From an uncultured Pseudomonadota bacterium (lineage in GTDB: Bacteria; SAR324; NAC60-12): a stretch of 19,104 bases of DNA. Location: NCBI GenBank assembly GCA_913020725.1, contig CAJWCD010000071.1, positions 1 to 19,104 on the forward strand. Reading direction: 5' to 3'. Position numbers and translations under genes: made by a program. This document shows, piece by piece, positions 8,738 through 17,096 of the stretch. The notes under the pieces were generated by a model that was given only the letters and a program-made list of their open reading frames with translations, was not told the origin of the DNA and did no database searches. How positions within the stretch are numbered: the first letter of the stretch is position 1; each line of letters begins with the position of its first letter.

Positions 8738-9780
8738 CACAGGATCGGCACACCCGGCACAAGGAACTGCTGGCCCCGTTGCGGGCGGCGATGTACGACT
8801 TCAGCGAACAGGGGATACGCTCGGCATTGGGAGCTTTACTGACTCCGGAAGCCGAGGTGAGGCTGTGCTTTCCGTTTGGGAAAATGGTCGGGGCGGCGGC
8901 GTTTTACGACTCCGTTTATGCGCCGTTGTTTGCAGCATGGCCGGACTTGGAGCGGCGCGATACCATCGTGATGGCCGGGGTCACTCCGGAAGGAGTTGAT
9001 TGGGTCGGTTGCGGGGGCTACTATACCGGGACGTTCCAGCAACCATGGCTGGACATTCCCCCGACGGGGCATCAGGCCGCGATGCGCTTTCACGAATTCT
9101 ACCGGATGAAGGAGAGACGGGTCACTGAAATTCAGGCGCTGTGGGATATCCCGGAGGTGATGATGCAGGCGAACGCCTGGCCGCTGGCCCCCAGTCTTGG
9201 CCGTGAATGGCAGGTACCGGGACCCGCCACGCAGGACGGCCTCGTGCCCGGCCCGCATGACGAAACACGAAGTCTGGCAACCTGCCAGCACATCATCGAC
9301 ATGCTGACAGCGATGAAGCGTCACCCCTCCGAAGGCGGGCCGGAAGTGATGGAAATGGAGAAATTCTGGTACCCTCGCATGAACTGGTACGGGCCTTCCG
9401 GCATTGGCACCGGGCGCGGCATCGCCGGTTTTCGATACTGGCACCAGATCCCCTTCCTCAACGGAATGCCCGATCGGGGGCAGTATGTGGACCAGATCAC
9501 CTACCACTTCTTTGGCGACGGCGACTACGCTGCCGTGACGGGCTGGCCCAACATGGTCCAGACCCTCTCCCACGACGGCTGGATGGGCATCGCCCCTGTC
9601 GGCAAGCGCATCACCATGCGCAGCCTCGACTTCTGGCGGCTTGAACGGGGACTCATCCGGGAGAACTGGGTGCTGGTGGACCTGCTGGACGTGTACGACC
9701 AGGTTGGGGTGGACGTGTTCCGGCGGATGAGGGAAGTGACCGCCCATCGGCAGACAAAGCCGATCAACCCGGAAGGGTGA
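8734..9780 (+). CDS. Two-domain SnoaL-like ester cyclase family protein (paralogue 4)
   Basis: GTFQQPWLDIPPTGH and WMGIAPVGKRITMRSLDFWRLERGLIRENW. ATG 8734 overlaps the upstream stop (ATGA). Confidence 0.88.
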   Translation: MTQDRHTRHKELLAPLRAAMYDFSEQGIRSALGALLTPEAEVRLCFPFGKMVGAAAFYDSVYAPLFAAWPDLERRDTIVMAGVTPEGVDWVGCGGYYTGTFQQPWLDIPPTGHQAAMRFHEFYRMKERRVTEIQALWDIPEVMMQANAWPLAPSLGREWQVPGPATQDGLVPGPHDETRSLATCQHIIDMLTAMKRHPSEGGPEVMEMEKFWYPRMNWYGPSGIGTGRGIAGFRYWHQIPFLNGMPDRGQYVDQITYHFFGDGDYAAVTGWPNMVQTLSHDGWMGIAPVGKRITMRSLDFWRLERGLIRENWVLVDLLDVYDQVGVDVFRRMREVTAHRQTKPINPEG

Positions 9781-9784
9781 CGCG

Positions 9785-10792
9785 ATGTCGGATTACCACA
9801 GTCTGAAAGCGCTCGTTCTCGACTACTACCGGGAACTGGAAGCCGCCAATGCGGAAACGGTGGCCAGCGTCATCGGAAGGTTCACAGCCCCGGGCTTTCA
9901 GTGGTACGGGGTTCATCCGTTCGGCGAGCAATGCGGCGCGGAGGCCGTTGCGGAAGCGTTCTGGTGCCCGTTCCTGAGTGCCTGGTCCCATGTCCAGCGC
10001 CGTCAGGACGTCTTCATCGCGGGCACCAGCGAGATTGACCAGACGGACTGGACGATCAGCATGGGCCACCTGATGGGTCTGCGGGATCGTCCGTGGCTGG
10101 GCATTCCCGCCAGCCACAAGGTGGGCTTCCTGCGCTATGCGGACTTCAACTGCGTCCGGAACGGGAAAATCGTCCGCAGTGGTTTTTTCTGCGACCTCAT
10201 TGGCGTGATGCACCAAGTGGGTATCCATCCCCTCCCGCCGCAGACCGGAGCCTCGTTCCTCTACCCCGGTCCCCGGACGCACGACGGCATCCAACTCGCC
10301 GCGCAGTCTCCGGAGGAATCCCAAAAAACGCTGGAACTGGTCAATCGTATGGTCGCCGACCTGACGGAACTCAACAAGAGTGGCAACGACTTCCCCCCTC
10401 CGGAGCTGCTGGCCCGAACGTGGCACGAGGACATGATTTGGTACGGCCCCACCGGGATTGGGGCTACCTACACCATCCCCCGCTATCAGGAGCAGCACCA
10501 GTACTCGTTCCGAGGCGGACTCAAGGGCAAGGTGTTCCACGGTCACGTCTGCCGCCTGGCCGAGGGCAATTACGCAGGGTTCTTCGGTTGGCCCAACCTG
10601 ACCAACACGCCCACCGGAGGGTTTTTGGGACTCCCCGCCAGTGACACCGCCGCCGACATGCGGGTGGTGGACATCTACCGACGCGATGGCGACAAGCTGG
10701 CAGAAAACTGGGTGCTAATTGACCTGCCTTGGTGGCTCAAGCAGCAAGGGCTGGACGTGCTGGAGCGTACCCGGAGCATCGTTGGTTCGTAG
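9785..10792 (+). CDS. Two-domain SnoaL/NTF2-like protein (paralogue 5)
   Basis: PWLGIPAS...NGKIV and GFLGLPAS...MRVVDIYRRDGDKLAENW. Collinear with paralogue 4. Confidence 0.88.
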   Translation: MSDYHSLKALVLDYYRELEAANAETVASVIGRFTAPGFQWYGVHPFGEQCGAEAVAEAFWCPFLSAWSHVQRRQDVFIAGTSEIDQTDWTISMGHLMGLRDRPWLGIPASHKVGFLRYADFNCVRNGKIVRSGFFCDLIGVMHQVGIHPLPPQTGASFLYPGPRTHDGIQLAAQSPEESQKTLELVNRMVADLTELNKSGNDFPPPELLARTWHEDMIWYGPTGIGATYTIPRYQEQHQYSFRGGLKGKVFHGHVCRLAEGNYAGFFGWPNLTNTPTGGFLGLPASDTAADMRVVDIYRRDGDKLAENWVLIDLPWWLKQQGLDVLERTRSIVGS

Positions 10793-10812
10793 GTATTTTG
10801 AATGTTTGTTCG

Positions 10813-11106
10813 CTATGCGGAAGACTTGGTGAGCGGAGCGCGGACGTAGGTTTCCAGCACAGCATTCATGCGGGTTTGGTAGCCCTTGCCTCCGTCCTTA
10901 AAGGCATCAACCACGAATTTCTTGACATGCAAGGTCACGGGCTGGGTTTTTTCAGGAAGGACGAGCATGGCGTTTTTCCAAAAGGCTTCGTCCAACTCTG
11001 GAACCTCGCTGAAGTCAATGTCCTGATCCTTGAGTTCGGCAAGCCTAGGGGCGCTCAGGGGTTGATCGTATGATTTCGGCAAACCGTTGCTTGTCTTCTT
11101 CATCAA
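10813..11106 (-). CDS. BrnA-family antitoxin (ribbon-helix-helix)
   Basis: DIDFSEVPELDEAFW...PVTL...VVDAFKDGGKGYQTRMNAVL matches the BrnA signature (GYQTRxN). Confidence 0.85.
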   Translation of the reverse strand: MMKKTSNGLPKSYDQPLSAPRLAELKDQDIDFSEVPELDEAFWKNAMLVLPEKTQPVTLHVKKFVVDAFKDGGKGYQTRMNAVLETYVRAPLTKSSA

Positions 11107-11140
11107 TCTTGGTGCGAGCCGTCGGTTTACTGGGGGTCTT

Positions 11141-11389
11141 TCAGGAGGGAGGCGAACTGGAGAGGGCGGACACTTCCGATTTGCTTGCGACCAGTGTTTC
11201 CATGAGCATCCGTTGGGTGTCTGGTCGAGTCACGCGCTTGGAAACACTGAGCATTTCAACGCCAACGATGTTGGTGTTGGCATCATAATCCAACACAACC
11301 CCGGGAGCGACGGTTTCGGAATCCACGATCTGAGCCTCTCCGAGTCTCAAATAAACGGCATCTGCGTCTGCATCGTAAGTGAGCTTCAT
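11141..11389 (-). CDS. DUF2283 domain protein (putative antitoxin)
   Basis: MKLTYDADADAVYLRL...GVVLDYDANTNIVGVEML is the DUF2283 pattern (YD..ADA.Y.....D.D..G...G.E). Confidence 0.85.
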   Translation of the reverse strand: MKLTYDADADAVYLRLGEAQIVDSETVAPGVVLDYDANTNIVGVEMLSVSKRVTRPDTQRMLMETLVASKSEVSALSSSPPS

Positions 11390-11649
11390 AGTCGGCCCTT
11401 CATGTTGCGATCAAAATGCACGGTGATGACCCGTAACGGGTTTGTCTTTGGGGCACAAACCACACGCAACACACGATGATCACATTCCAGAATTACCACC
11501 AGCCGATGCTCCAAACCTGAATCGGTTGCGTCAGGTTCCACCAACTTGGGTGTCGTGAGTGCGGCTTCTAACTATTCTGAAAGGATGCTGCGTTCCTGCA
11601 TCCGCATTTCAGTATGTTGGGTCAGTTCGTACTCTACCACATTTTTCAT
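11386..11649 (-). pseudogene. DUF4258-family putative toxin, interrupted by an in-frame TAG at 11572-11574
   Basis: Manual translation: MKNVVEYELTQHTEMRMQERSILSE*LEAALTTPKLVEPDATDSGLEHRLVVILECDHRVLRVVCAPKTNPLRVITVHFDRNMKGRL. Motifs (T.H...RM.ER.I, RVLRVV, VITV.FDR) fit DUF4258. Its stop overlaps the DUF2283 start (ATGA). Not in the ORF track. Confidence 0.8.
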
Positions 11650-11718
11650 CTGCGTGTCATCCAATCGACACCAAACCTTTGTTTTGGCTGGCCCCTCCCT
11701 CGATGGGGGTTCCAGAAG

Positions 11719-12819
11719 TCACTCCAGCGCCACCAACTGCTTCATGAGGGCGATTTCACTGTAGAGGGTGTAGTCCTCGACAAGCGTTTCGTTGCGGACG
11801 TAGAGGTGACTGAGGCCCATCAGGGAGATGCGCCGTCCGGTGGGACTGCCAAACACGCCCCAGCCTTCGTGGGTGCCTTGCAGCGTCCAGCGCACTGCGA
11901 GCTTGAAGCCGCCCTTGGCTCGGTCCGGATTCCAGTAGAGGTCGTCCACGAGCAGTTGTGCGTCTGGAAACTGCGCAAGCAGGCCCGTGACGTGCGCAGT
12001 GTAGTCTCCAGTGCCGTACAGTTCGCGTTGCCCCGGAAGGTGCAGCAGTATGTTAGGAGCACAGCATTCGCGGACGCGGTTGAGAAGCCGCACATTCCAA
12101 GCATCGTGCAGGAAGCCTCGCACGAAATCCTCAACATCGAAATCCCCTGACTTGGGCATATGCACTTGAGGTGCGTTCTGCCCGCTGAGACGGTCCAAAT
12201 CTCCGGAGGGGGAATCCTGCTTGCTCCATTCGGCCTCTTGACGCGCCATGGTGCGGGCCAACTCCCACGGATCCAGTCCAAGCTGCCGCACCACGGCGGT
12301 TTCGTCGCGGATGAGCCATTCCTCGGCAATGCGGTTTTCATGAGCGATACAGTTGCAGAGCGTACTCCAGTGGATGCGGCGTCCGGTGGGCGGTCCCAGT
12401 GGCCCATGCCCCCAGTGGTGGGCGAGGTTGGTGATGCGGGCGGAGAAATGGTAGGTCTGCTCCTCTTCATCAACGCGCCACATCACATCGTCCCCAAACG
12501 CCCGACGATCCGGGAAGGTGTGCTGCATCTGTAGGGTGTCGGAGATCACCTGGTCGCGTCCGTAGGAAACGCCGTGCGGGTGCCAAACCGGGGCGTTGTG
12601 GCGGTACTGGTTGTAGATGCGCCCCACGCCGCGCTCCTCCCAAATCCAGTGGGTTCCCCGGATGTGGTAGTCCACGATGTCCACGATGCGCTCGTCAAAG
12701 CCGCGCATCGTCTGCCGCTTTTCCGAACCCGGATTCATCAGCGTAGCGATGTCCTTCCAGCCGATTTCCGTGACAGGGGGAGCTTGAGCGGGTTTGGGTG
12801 GAGTTGAATCGTTTGCCAT
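11719..12819 (-). CDS. Two-domain SnoaL/NTF2-like ester cyclase family protein (paralogue 6)
   Basis: RQTMRGF...THWIWEER, FPD...GPPTGRRI...AEEW, and RWTLQGTHEGWGVFGSPTGRRI. Start ATG 12819 lies 4 nt after the cupin stop. Confidence 0.87.
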   Translation of the reverse strand: MANDSTPPKPAQAPPVTEIGWKDIATLMNPGSEKRQTMRGFDERIVDIVDYHIRGTHWIWEERGVGRIYNQYRHNAPVWHPHGVSYGRDQVISDTLQMQHTFPDRRAFGDDVMWRVDEEEQTYHFSARITNLAHHWGHGPLGPPTGRRIHWSTLCNCIAHENRIAEEWLIRDETAVVRQLGLDPWELARTMARQEAEWSKQDSPSGDLDRLSGQNAPQVHMPKSGDFDVEDFVRGFLHDAWNVRLLNRVRECCAPNILLHLPGQRELYGTGDYTAHVTGLLAQFPDAQLLVDDLYWNPDRAKGGFKLAVRWTLQGTHEGWGVFGSPTGRRISLMGLSHLYVRNETLVEDYTLYSEIALMKQLVALE

Positions 12820-12823
12820 TTTG

Positions 12824-13840
12824 TCACTCAGAAAGCCATTGGGGATCAGCCAGAGCATCCCCGGAGATCACAGAAAACAGATAGCCCTTTTCAGAACCGA
12901 CACACTCCAAGCGTCGGGACACCTTGCCGGGCAGGGAGAAGATATCCCCCGTTTTCAGCGTGAAACGGCCCGACTGTCCCTCGGTGCTCCAGTCCACCTG
13001 CCACTGGCCGCGATGGCAGATCAGCACCTCCTTTTCCGGGCGGGTGTGGGCTTGGTAACCACCACTGGGTTTGGCTTCGTGGAGCAGCAGCACAAAGCCG
13101 TCGCCTCCGGGAATGGCCGCGTTTTGCGAGGCAATCATTGCATAAAGCTGGATTGGACCGAAGTCTCCCGCTTGCAAGGGGTGTCCGGACGCTGGATGAC
13201 GTTGCCCAGCGTAGCAGATTTGCCGTGCCATTTCCGCTTGGGAGTAGTTGTCGTAGCCGGCTTCTTCTTCATGGGTCAGCGTCTTCACCCGTTTGGCACC
13301 TTCAGGAAGCGGCTTCTGTTTCGTGTCCCACACACCATGTTCTTCGAGCAGCACTAGCCCGTGGGCCTCGGCGGCCTCGAACACCTGGGGGGCCCACTCC
13401 ACCCCCCCGGTGTCGTCCCCGCCCAGCACAGTGAAGAGAAACCCGTAGTCCTCTCCAACGTTCTCAAATCCCCGGAAGCAGTGCGTGGGGATGGAAACGA
13501 CATCGCCTTCGTGGAGCGTGACGCGATTTTCGCCCTGAAGCCCCCAGTAAATCTCGAAGGAGCCTTCGTGGATCATAAAGACTTCGGCGGTGAAGTGGTT
13601 GTGCAGTGAATTCTTGATCCTCGGCGGCTGCCCGGCTGCCCCGATATTGAAACCATGGGGCTCGCGGATGTTGACAACCTGCTCGGTGTTTTCGGTTACA
13701 CCGGGGCCGATGATGCTGAAATTATCCTTGAGGTGGCTTCCGGGAGTGTGCGTGTCAATGAACGCGCTTTTGCACGGCACCATCTCGTTGCGGCGCACCA
13801 GCCGCTGGCGCATGGATTCCGGAGTGTGGATCGCAGGCAT
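12824..13840 (-). CDS. Cupin-domain protein (probable bicupin)
   Basis: Metal motif SLHNHFTAEVFMIHEG with GDVVSIP...FRGFEN, and a second degenerate repeat HTRPEKEVLICHRG...GDIFSLP. Start ATG 13840 (MPAIHTP). Confidence 0.8.
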   Translation of the reverse strand: MPAIHTPESMRQRLVRRNEMVPCKSAFIDTHTPGSHLKDNFSIIGPGVTENTEQVVNIREPHGFNIGAAGQPPRIKNSLHNHFTAEVFMIHEGSFEIYWGLQGENRVTLHEGDVVSIPTHCFRGFENVGEDYGFLFTVLGGDDTGGVEWAPQVFEAAEAHGLVLLEEHGVWDTKQKPLPEGAKRVKTLTHEEEAGYDNYSQAEMARQICYAGQRHPASGHPLQAGDFGPIQLYAMIASQNAAIPGGDGFVLLLHEAKPSGGYQAHTRPEKEVLICHRGQWQVDWSTEGQSGRFTLKTGDIFSLPGKVSRRLECVGSEKGYLFSVISGDALADPQWLSE

Positions 13841-13887
13841 TGAAACCTTTGGGTGTGGAGTTGAGTGGCGGCGGGCTGGGTTGGGAC

Positions 13888-14749
13888 TCAGACACGAAGC
13901 CGCTGCTTGGTGGCTGAGTCGAACAGGTAGCACTTTTCTGACACGAGCCGCACGCCAACCGCTTCATCAATGCCGATGCGGAATTCCTTGGGACCACGCA
14001 CGGTCAGCAAATCGTCGCCAAGTTGCACCGTGACCAAGGTGGATTCGCCCGTCAACTCAAACGAATAAACCGATCCGGAGCAGGTGCCATTCTCCGACTG
14101 GGTGAGTTCCAAATCCTCCGGGCACACTCCCAAGGTGGCCTGCTGGCAGTCGCCCAGCCCTGTTAAGATGGAAAGACGCGGGTGCTGGAACTGGCCCTGC
14201 TGAAGCGTTCCCGGAATCAGGTTCATGGCCGGAGAGCCAATGAAGCCCGCGACAAACAGGTTGGTGGGATCGTTATAGATGTTCTCCGGCGTGTCGAGTT
14301 GGGAAATGATGCCGTGATCCATGACGGCCACGCGGTCGGCCAGCGTCATCGCTTCGATCTGGTCATGCGTGACGTAAACCGTGGTGATGCGCAGTTCGTG
14401 CTGGAGGTGCTTGAGTTCTGCTCGCATGCTCACGCGCAACTTGGCGTCAAGGTTGGAAAGCGGTTCGTCCATCAAAAACACGGTGGGAGTGCGGACGATG
14501 GCACGGGCAAGGGCCACGCGCTGGCGCTGGCCTCCAGAAAGCTCACGGCGGCGGCGGTCCAAGAGTTGTTCCAGCCGCACTTTTTCTGCCGCGCGGCGTA
14601 CCTGCTCGGCGTGTTCGCTTTTGGGCACCCTGCGGACTTTCAGGGGGGTAGCGGATGTTTTCATAGACGGACATGTGCGGATAGAGGCCGTAGTTCTGGA
14701 AGACCATGGCCACGTCCCGGTCCTTGGGCAGTTCGTCGTTGACCCACAT
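13888..14749 (-). pseudogene. MalK/UgpC-like ABC ATPase, 5'-truncated (no Walker A) and frameshifted
   Basis: Q-loop [13 protein letters not shown] is in one frame. LSGGQRQR, Walker B FLMDEPLSNLD, H-loop YVTHDQ and the TOBE-like C-terminus are in another frame. The shift is in a G6 run at 14643-14648. No GxxGxGKT is encoded upstream. Confidence 0.85.
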
Positions 14750-14757
14750 GCTCTGTA

Positions 14758-14806
14758 TGAATACGTATGCAACGTATTTATACTGCAACTAAGCAGGAAA
14801 GGTCAA
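14758..14806 (-). promoter_or_regulatory. Sigma70-like promoter plus LacI-type operator (TGCATACGTATTCA, 14771-14758) for the ATPase-cupin-SnoaL operon
   Basis: Minus strand TTGACC (14806-14801), 18-nt spacer, TATAAA (14782-14777). The operator is 5 nt downstream and matches the palindrome at 13/14. Confidence 0.72.
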
Positions 14807-14819
14807 GGTTTTTTTCGAG

Positions 14820-15527
14820 TCAGTGGATTTCTGCGGAGTCCCCGATCGCCTGCTTGAGAACCTCAATAGTGAAATCCGGGCGTTTGCAGGCATCGAGGAT
14901 GACGGCCTCGCGGCGGATGCAGAGGTCAATGTACTCCGGAAGCTTGGGGGTGGCCTCCAGTGGGATCACTACCGCTCCGTGACGGTCGGCGTGGATCAGG
15001 TCGCCGTGCTTGACGGCCATCCCGAAGATTTCCACGTCAATGCCAATGTCCTCGACACGCACATAGACATGGCTGGGCGAGATCTTGCCGCCGAGCAGTT
15101 GGAAACCGGGGGCCAGCACATCGAGGTCGCGGATTGCCCCGTTGGTGATGCCTCCGGGTAGGCCCAGCGCTTTGTGGATGTTGGAGTTGACCTCGCCCCA
15201 GTGGGCACCGATTCCCGGACGCGAATCCAGATCTTGAATGACCACGATGTTGGGGCCGGGATCGCTGGCGACGTACTCGTAGTAGCGCAGGGCATTTTCT
15301 CGCTTGCGTACCGGGTCAACTTTGTTGGCCGCCCGGATCGTTGCGGTGCGGGCGTAGCCCACGATAGGTGGCAACGCGGGGTCGGCGCAAACAAACGGCT
15401 CGGTGGTGAAGCCAACTGTGCGGCGCTCCGGAACTGCATGCTCCAGTGCGTTGCAGATCGTGGGGGTGTCAAACTGGCGGAGGTGTTCCAAGAGCGAGGG
15501 GTCCAAAGACGCGGCTGAAGAAGTCAT
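14820..15527 (-). CDS. RraA-family / HMG-aldolase-like protein
   Basis: DTPTICNALE, IVGYARTA, AHWGEVNS, TNGAIRDL, GDLIHADRHGAVVIP. Start taken as ATG 15527. Confidence 0.87.
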   Translation of the reverse strand: MTSSAASLDPSLLEHLRQFDTPTICNALEHAVPERRTVGFTTEPFVCADPALPPIVGYARTATIRAANKVDPVRKRENALRYYEYVASDPGPNIVVIQDLDSRPGIGAHWGEVNSNIHKALGLPGGITNGAIRDLDVLAPGFQLLGGKISPSHVYVRVEDIGIDVEIFGMAVKHGDLIHADRHGAVVIPLEATPKLPEYIDLCIRREAVILDACKRPDFTIEVLKQAIGDSAEIH

Positions 15528-15572
15528 GGTTTGGTCATGCGATGAGGGAGAAAACGTTGCCCGAGCCAAAAC

Positions 15573-15625
15573 TTGACGTTTGGGGCAGTCTGCCAGTATC
15601 CTATTAGCAACAGCATACCTATGCA
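15573..15625 (+). promoter_or_regulatory. Sigma70-like promoter plus LacI-type operator (AGCATACCTATGCA, 15612-15625) for the hisD-like gene
   Basis: TTGACG (15573-15578), 18-nt spacer, TATCCT (15597-15602). The operator matches the palindrome at 12/14. Confidence 0.65.
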
Positions 15626-15661
15626 AAACTCATAACCCAGATTTTTTTACAGTAGATCACC

Positions 15662-16939
15662 ATGATTCGGTACCTCAAAGACGGCATCAGCGCCGAGCAG
15701 GTCAAGGCGGAGGACGCGCAGGTGCGGCAGACAGTGGAGCAGATTCTTGCGGACATTGAAGCGCGGGGCGATTCCGCTGTGCAGGAACTGGCCAAGAAGT
15801 TTGACAACTGGGACCAACCCACCTTCCGGCTCAGCGAGGAAGAGGTCGCGGCGGCGGTTGCAGGGCTTCCGGAACAGACCATTGCGGACATCAAGTTCGC
15901 GCAGGAGCAGATCCGCAACTTTGCACAAGTGCAGCACGACTCCATGCAGGAGGTCGAAGTGGAAACGCTTCCGGGGGTCGTGCTGGGGCACAAGCACATT
16001 CCGGTCAACAGTGTGGGCTGCTACGTTCCCGCTGGCAAGTATCCGATGGTTGCCTCGGCCCACATGAGCGTAGTCACGGCGAAGGTCGCCGGAGTGCAGC
16101 GCATCATCGCCTGTGCCCCCCCGTATCAGGGACGACCCCACCCGGCGATTGTCACGGCCATGCACCTTGGGGGCGCAACCGAAATTTACTGCCTGGGCGG
16201 CATTCAGGCGGTGGGCGCGATGGCGCTGGGCACTGAAACCATCCAGTCGGTGGACATGCTGGTTGGCCCCGGAAACGCCTATGTCGCCGAGGCCAAGCGC
16301 CAGCTTTTTGGGCGAGTGGGCATTGACCTGTTCGCCGGACCCACCGAAACCCTTGTAATTGCCGACGACAGTTGTGATGCCGAACTCTGCGCGGTGGACT
16401 TGCTGGGTCAGGCAGAACACGGGCTGAACTCTCCGGCGGTACTGCTCACCAATTCCGAAACGTTGGCCCGCGACACCATGAGCGAGGTGGACCGGCAGCT
16501 CACAATTCTGCCAACTGCCGAAACTGCGGGGCAGGCGTGGCGAGACTACGGGCAGGTGATCGTTTGCGACACCGAGGAGGAGATGATCGTCAAGGCGGAT
16601 GAGATTGCCTCCGAGCATGTGCAGGTCATGACCCGCAGTCCCCAAAATTTTTTGGAAGGCATGACCAACTACGGAGCACTCTTCTTGGGGCAAGAGACCA
16701 ACGTTTCGTATGGTGATAAGGTGATTGGCACCAACCACACCCTGCCGACCAAAAAAGCGGCCCGCTACACTGGAGGTTTGTGGGTGGGCAAATTCCTCAA
16801 AACCTGCACCTACCAGCGTGTGCTGACCAAGGAGGCGAGTGTGCTGATTGGTGAATACTGCTCACGACTGTGCGCGTTGGAGAACTTTGCGGGGCACAAG
16901 GAGCAGGCGGACATCCGGGTGCGGCGCTACACGCAATGA
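15662..16939 (+). CDS. Histidinol dehydrogenase homologue (HpsN-related, probably a catabolic NAD-dependent alcohol-to-acid dehydrogenase)
   Basis: [62 protein letters not shown]. No his genes nearby, and GDK replaces the GDY of HisD. Confidence 0.9.
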   Translation: MIRYLKDGISAEQVKAEDAQVRQTVEQILADIEARGDSAVQELAKKFDNWDQPTFRLSEEEVAAAVAGLPEQTIADIKFAQEQIRNFAQVQHDSMQEVEVETLPGVVLGHKHIPVNSVGCYVPAGKYPMVASAHMSVVTAKVAGVQRIIACAPPYQGRPHPAIVTAMHLGGATEIYCLGGIQAVGAMALGTETIQSVDMLVGPGNAYVAEAKRQLFGRVGIDLFAGPTETLVIADDSCDAELCAVDLLGQAEHGLNSPAVLLTNSETLARDTMSEVDRQLTILPTAETAGQAWRDYGQVIVCDTEEEMIVKADEIASEHVQVMTRSPQNFLEGMTNYGALFLGQETNVSYGDKVIGTNHTLPTKKAARYTGGLWVGKFLKTCTYQRVLTKEASVLIGEYCSRLCALENFAGHKEQADIRVRRYTQ

Positions 16940-16975
16940 TTTTGTCGAGGTCTAATGGCAAACGACGGAGTTGAA

Positions 16976-17053
16976 GTAGGGCAGATGAAGCGTAGCACAT
17001 CCGCGAGTTTCGGTAGCAGTATTGGCGGTTCCGCTCCGATTGAACCACCCTAC
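16976..17053. repeat. Inverted pair of GTAG-family REP-like palindromes (REPIN/BIME-like)
   Basis: Left unit GTAG-GGCAGATG-AAGCGTAGCA-CATCCGCG. Right unit, read on the minus strand, GTAG-GGTGGTTC-AATCGGAGCG-GAACCGCC. Each is a GTAG tetranucleotide followed by an imperfect hairpin. Confidence 0.6.
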
Positions 17054-17096
17054 GCGGTTGCGTAGCGCGAGATCACTTCCAACTCAAACACAAACG

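Noticed and set aside
7017..10792. Polyketide biosynthetic cluster suggested by the SnoaL cyclases
   Set aside because: No ketosynthase, ACP or exporter in the window. The genes are co-transcribed with an importer.
14643..14648. Programmed frameshift or phase variation in the G6 run
   Set aside because: The run is short and the gene lacks Walker A regardless, so restoring the frame would not give a functional ATPase.
3846..16738. Long antisense ORFs (3846..4646, 4767..5696, 8836..9747, 9764..10546, 15647..16738)
   Set aside because: Codon-aligned mirror frames of real genes on the opposite strand.
15662..16939. Calling the gene hisD or hpsN
   Set aside because: No his operon context, the pocket motifs differ from both as I recall them, and no recognisable sulfolactate-degradation genes are in the window.
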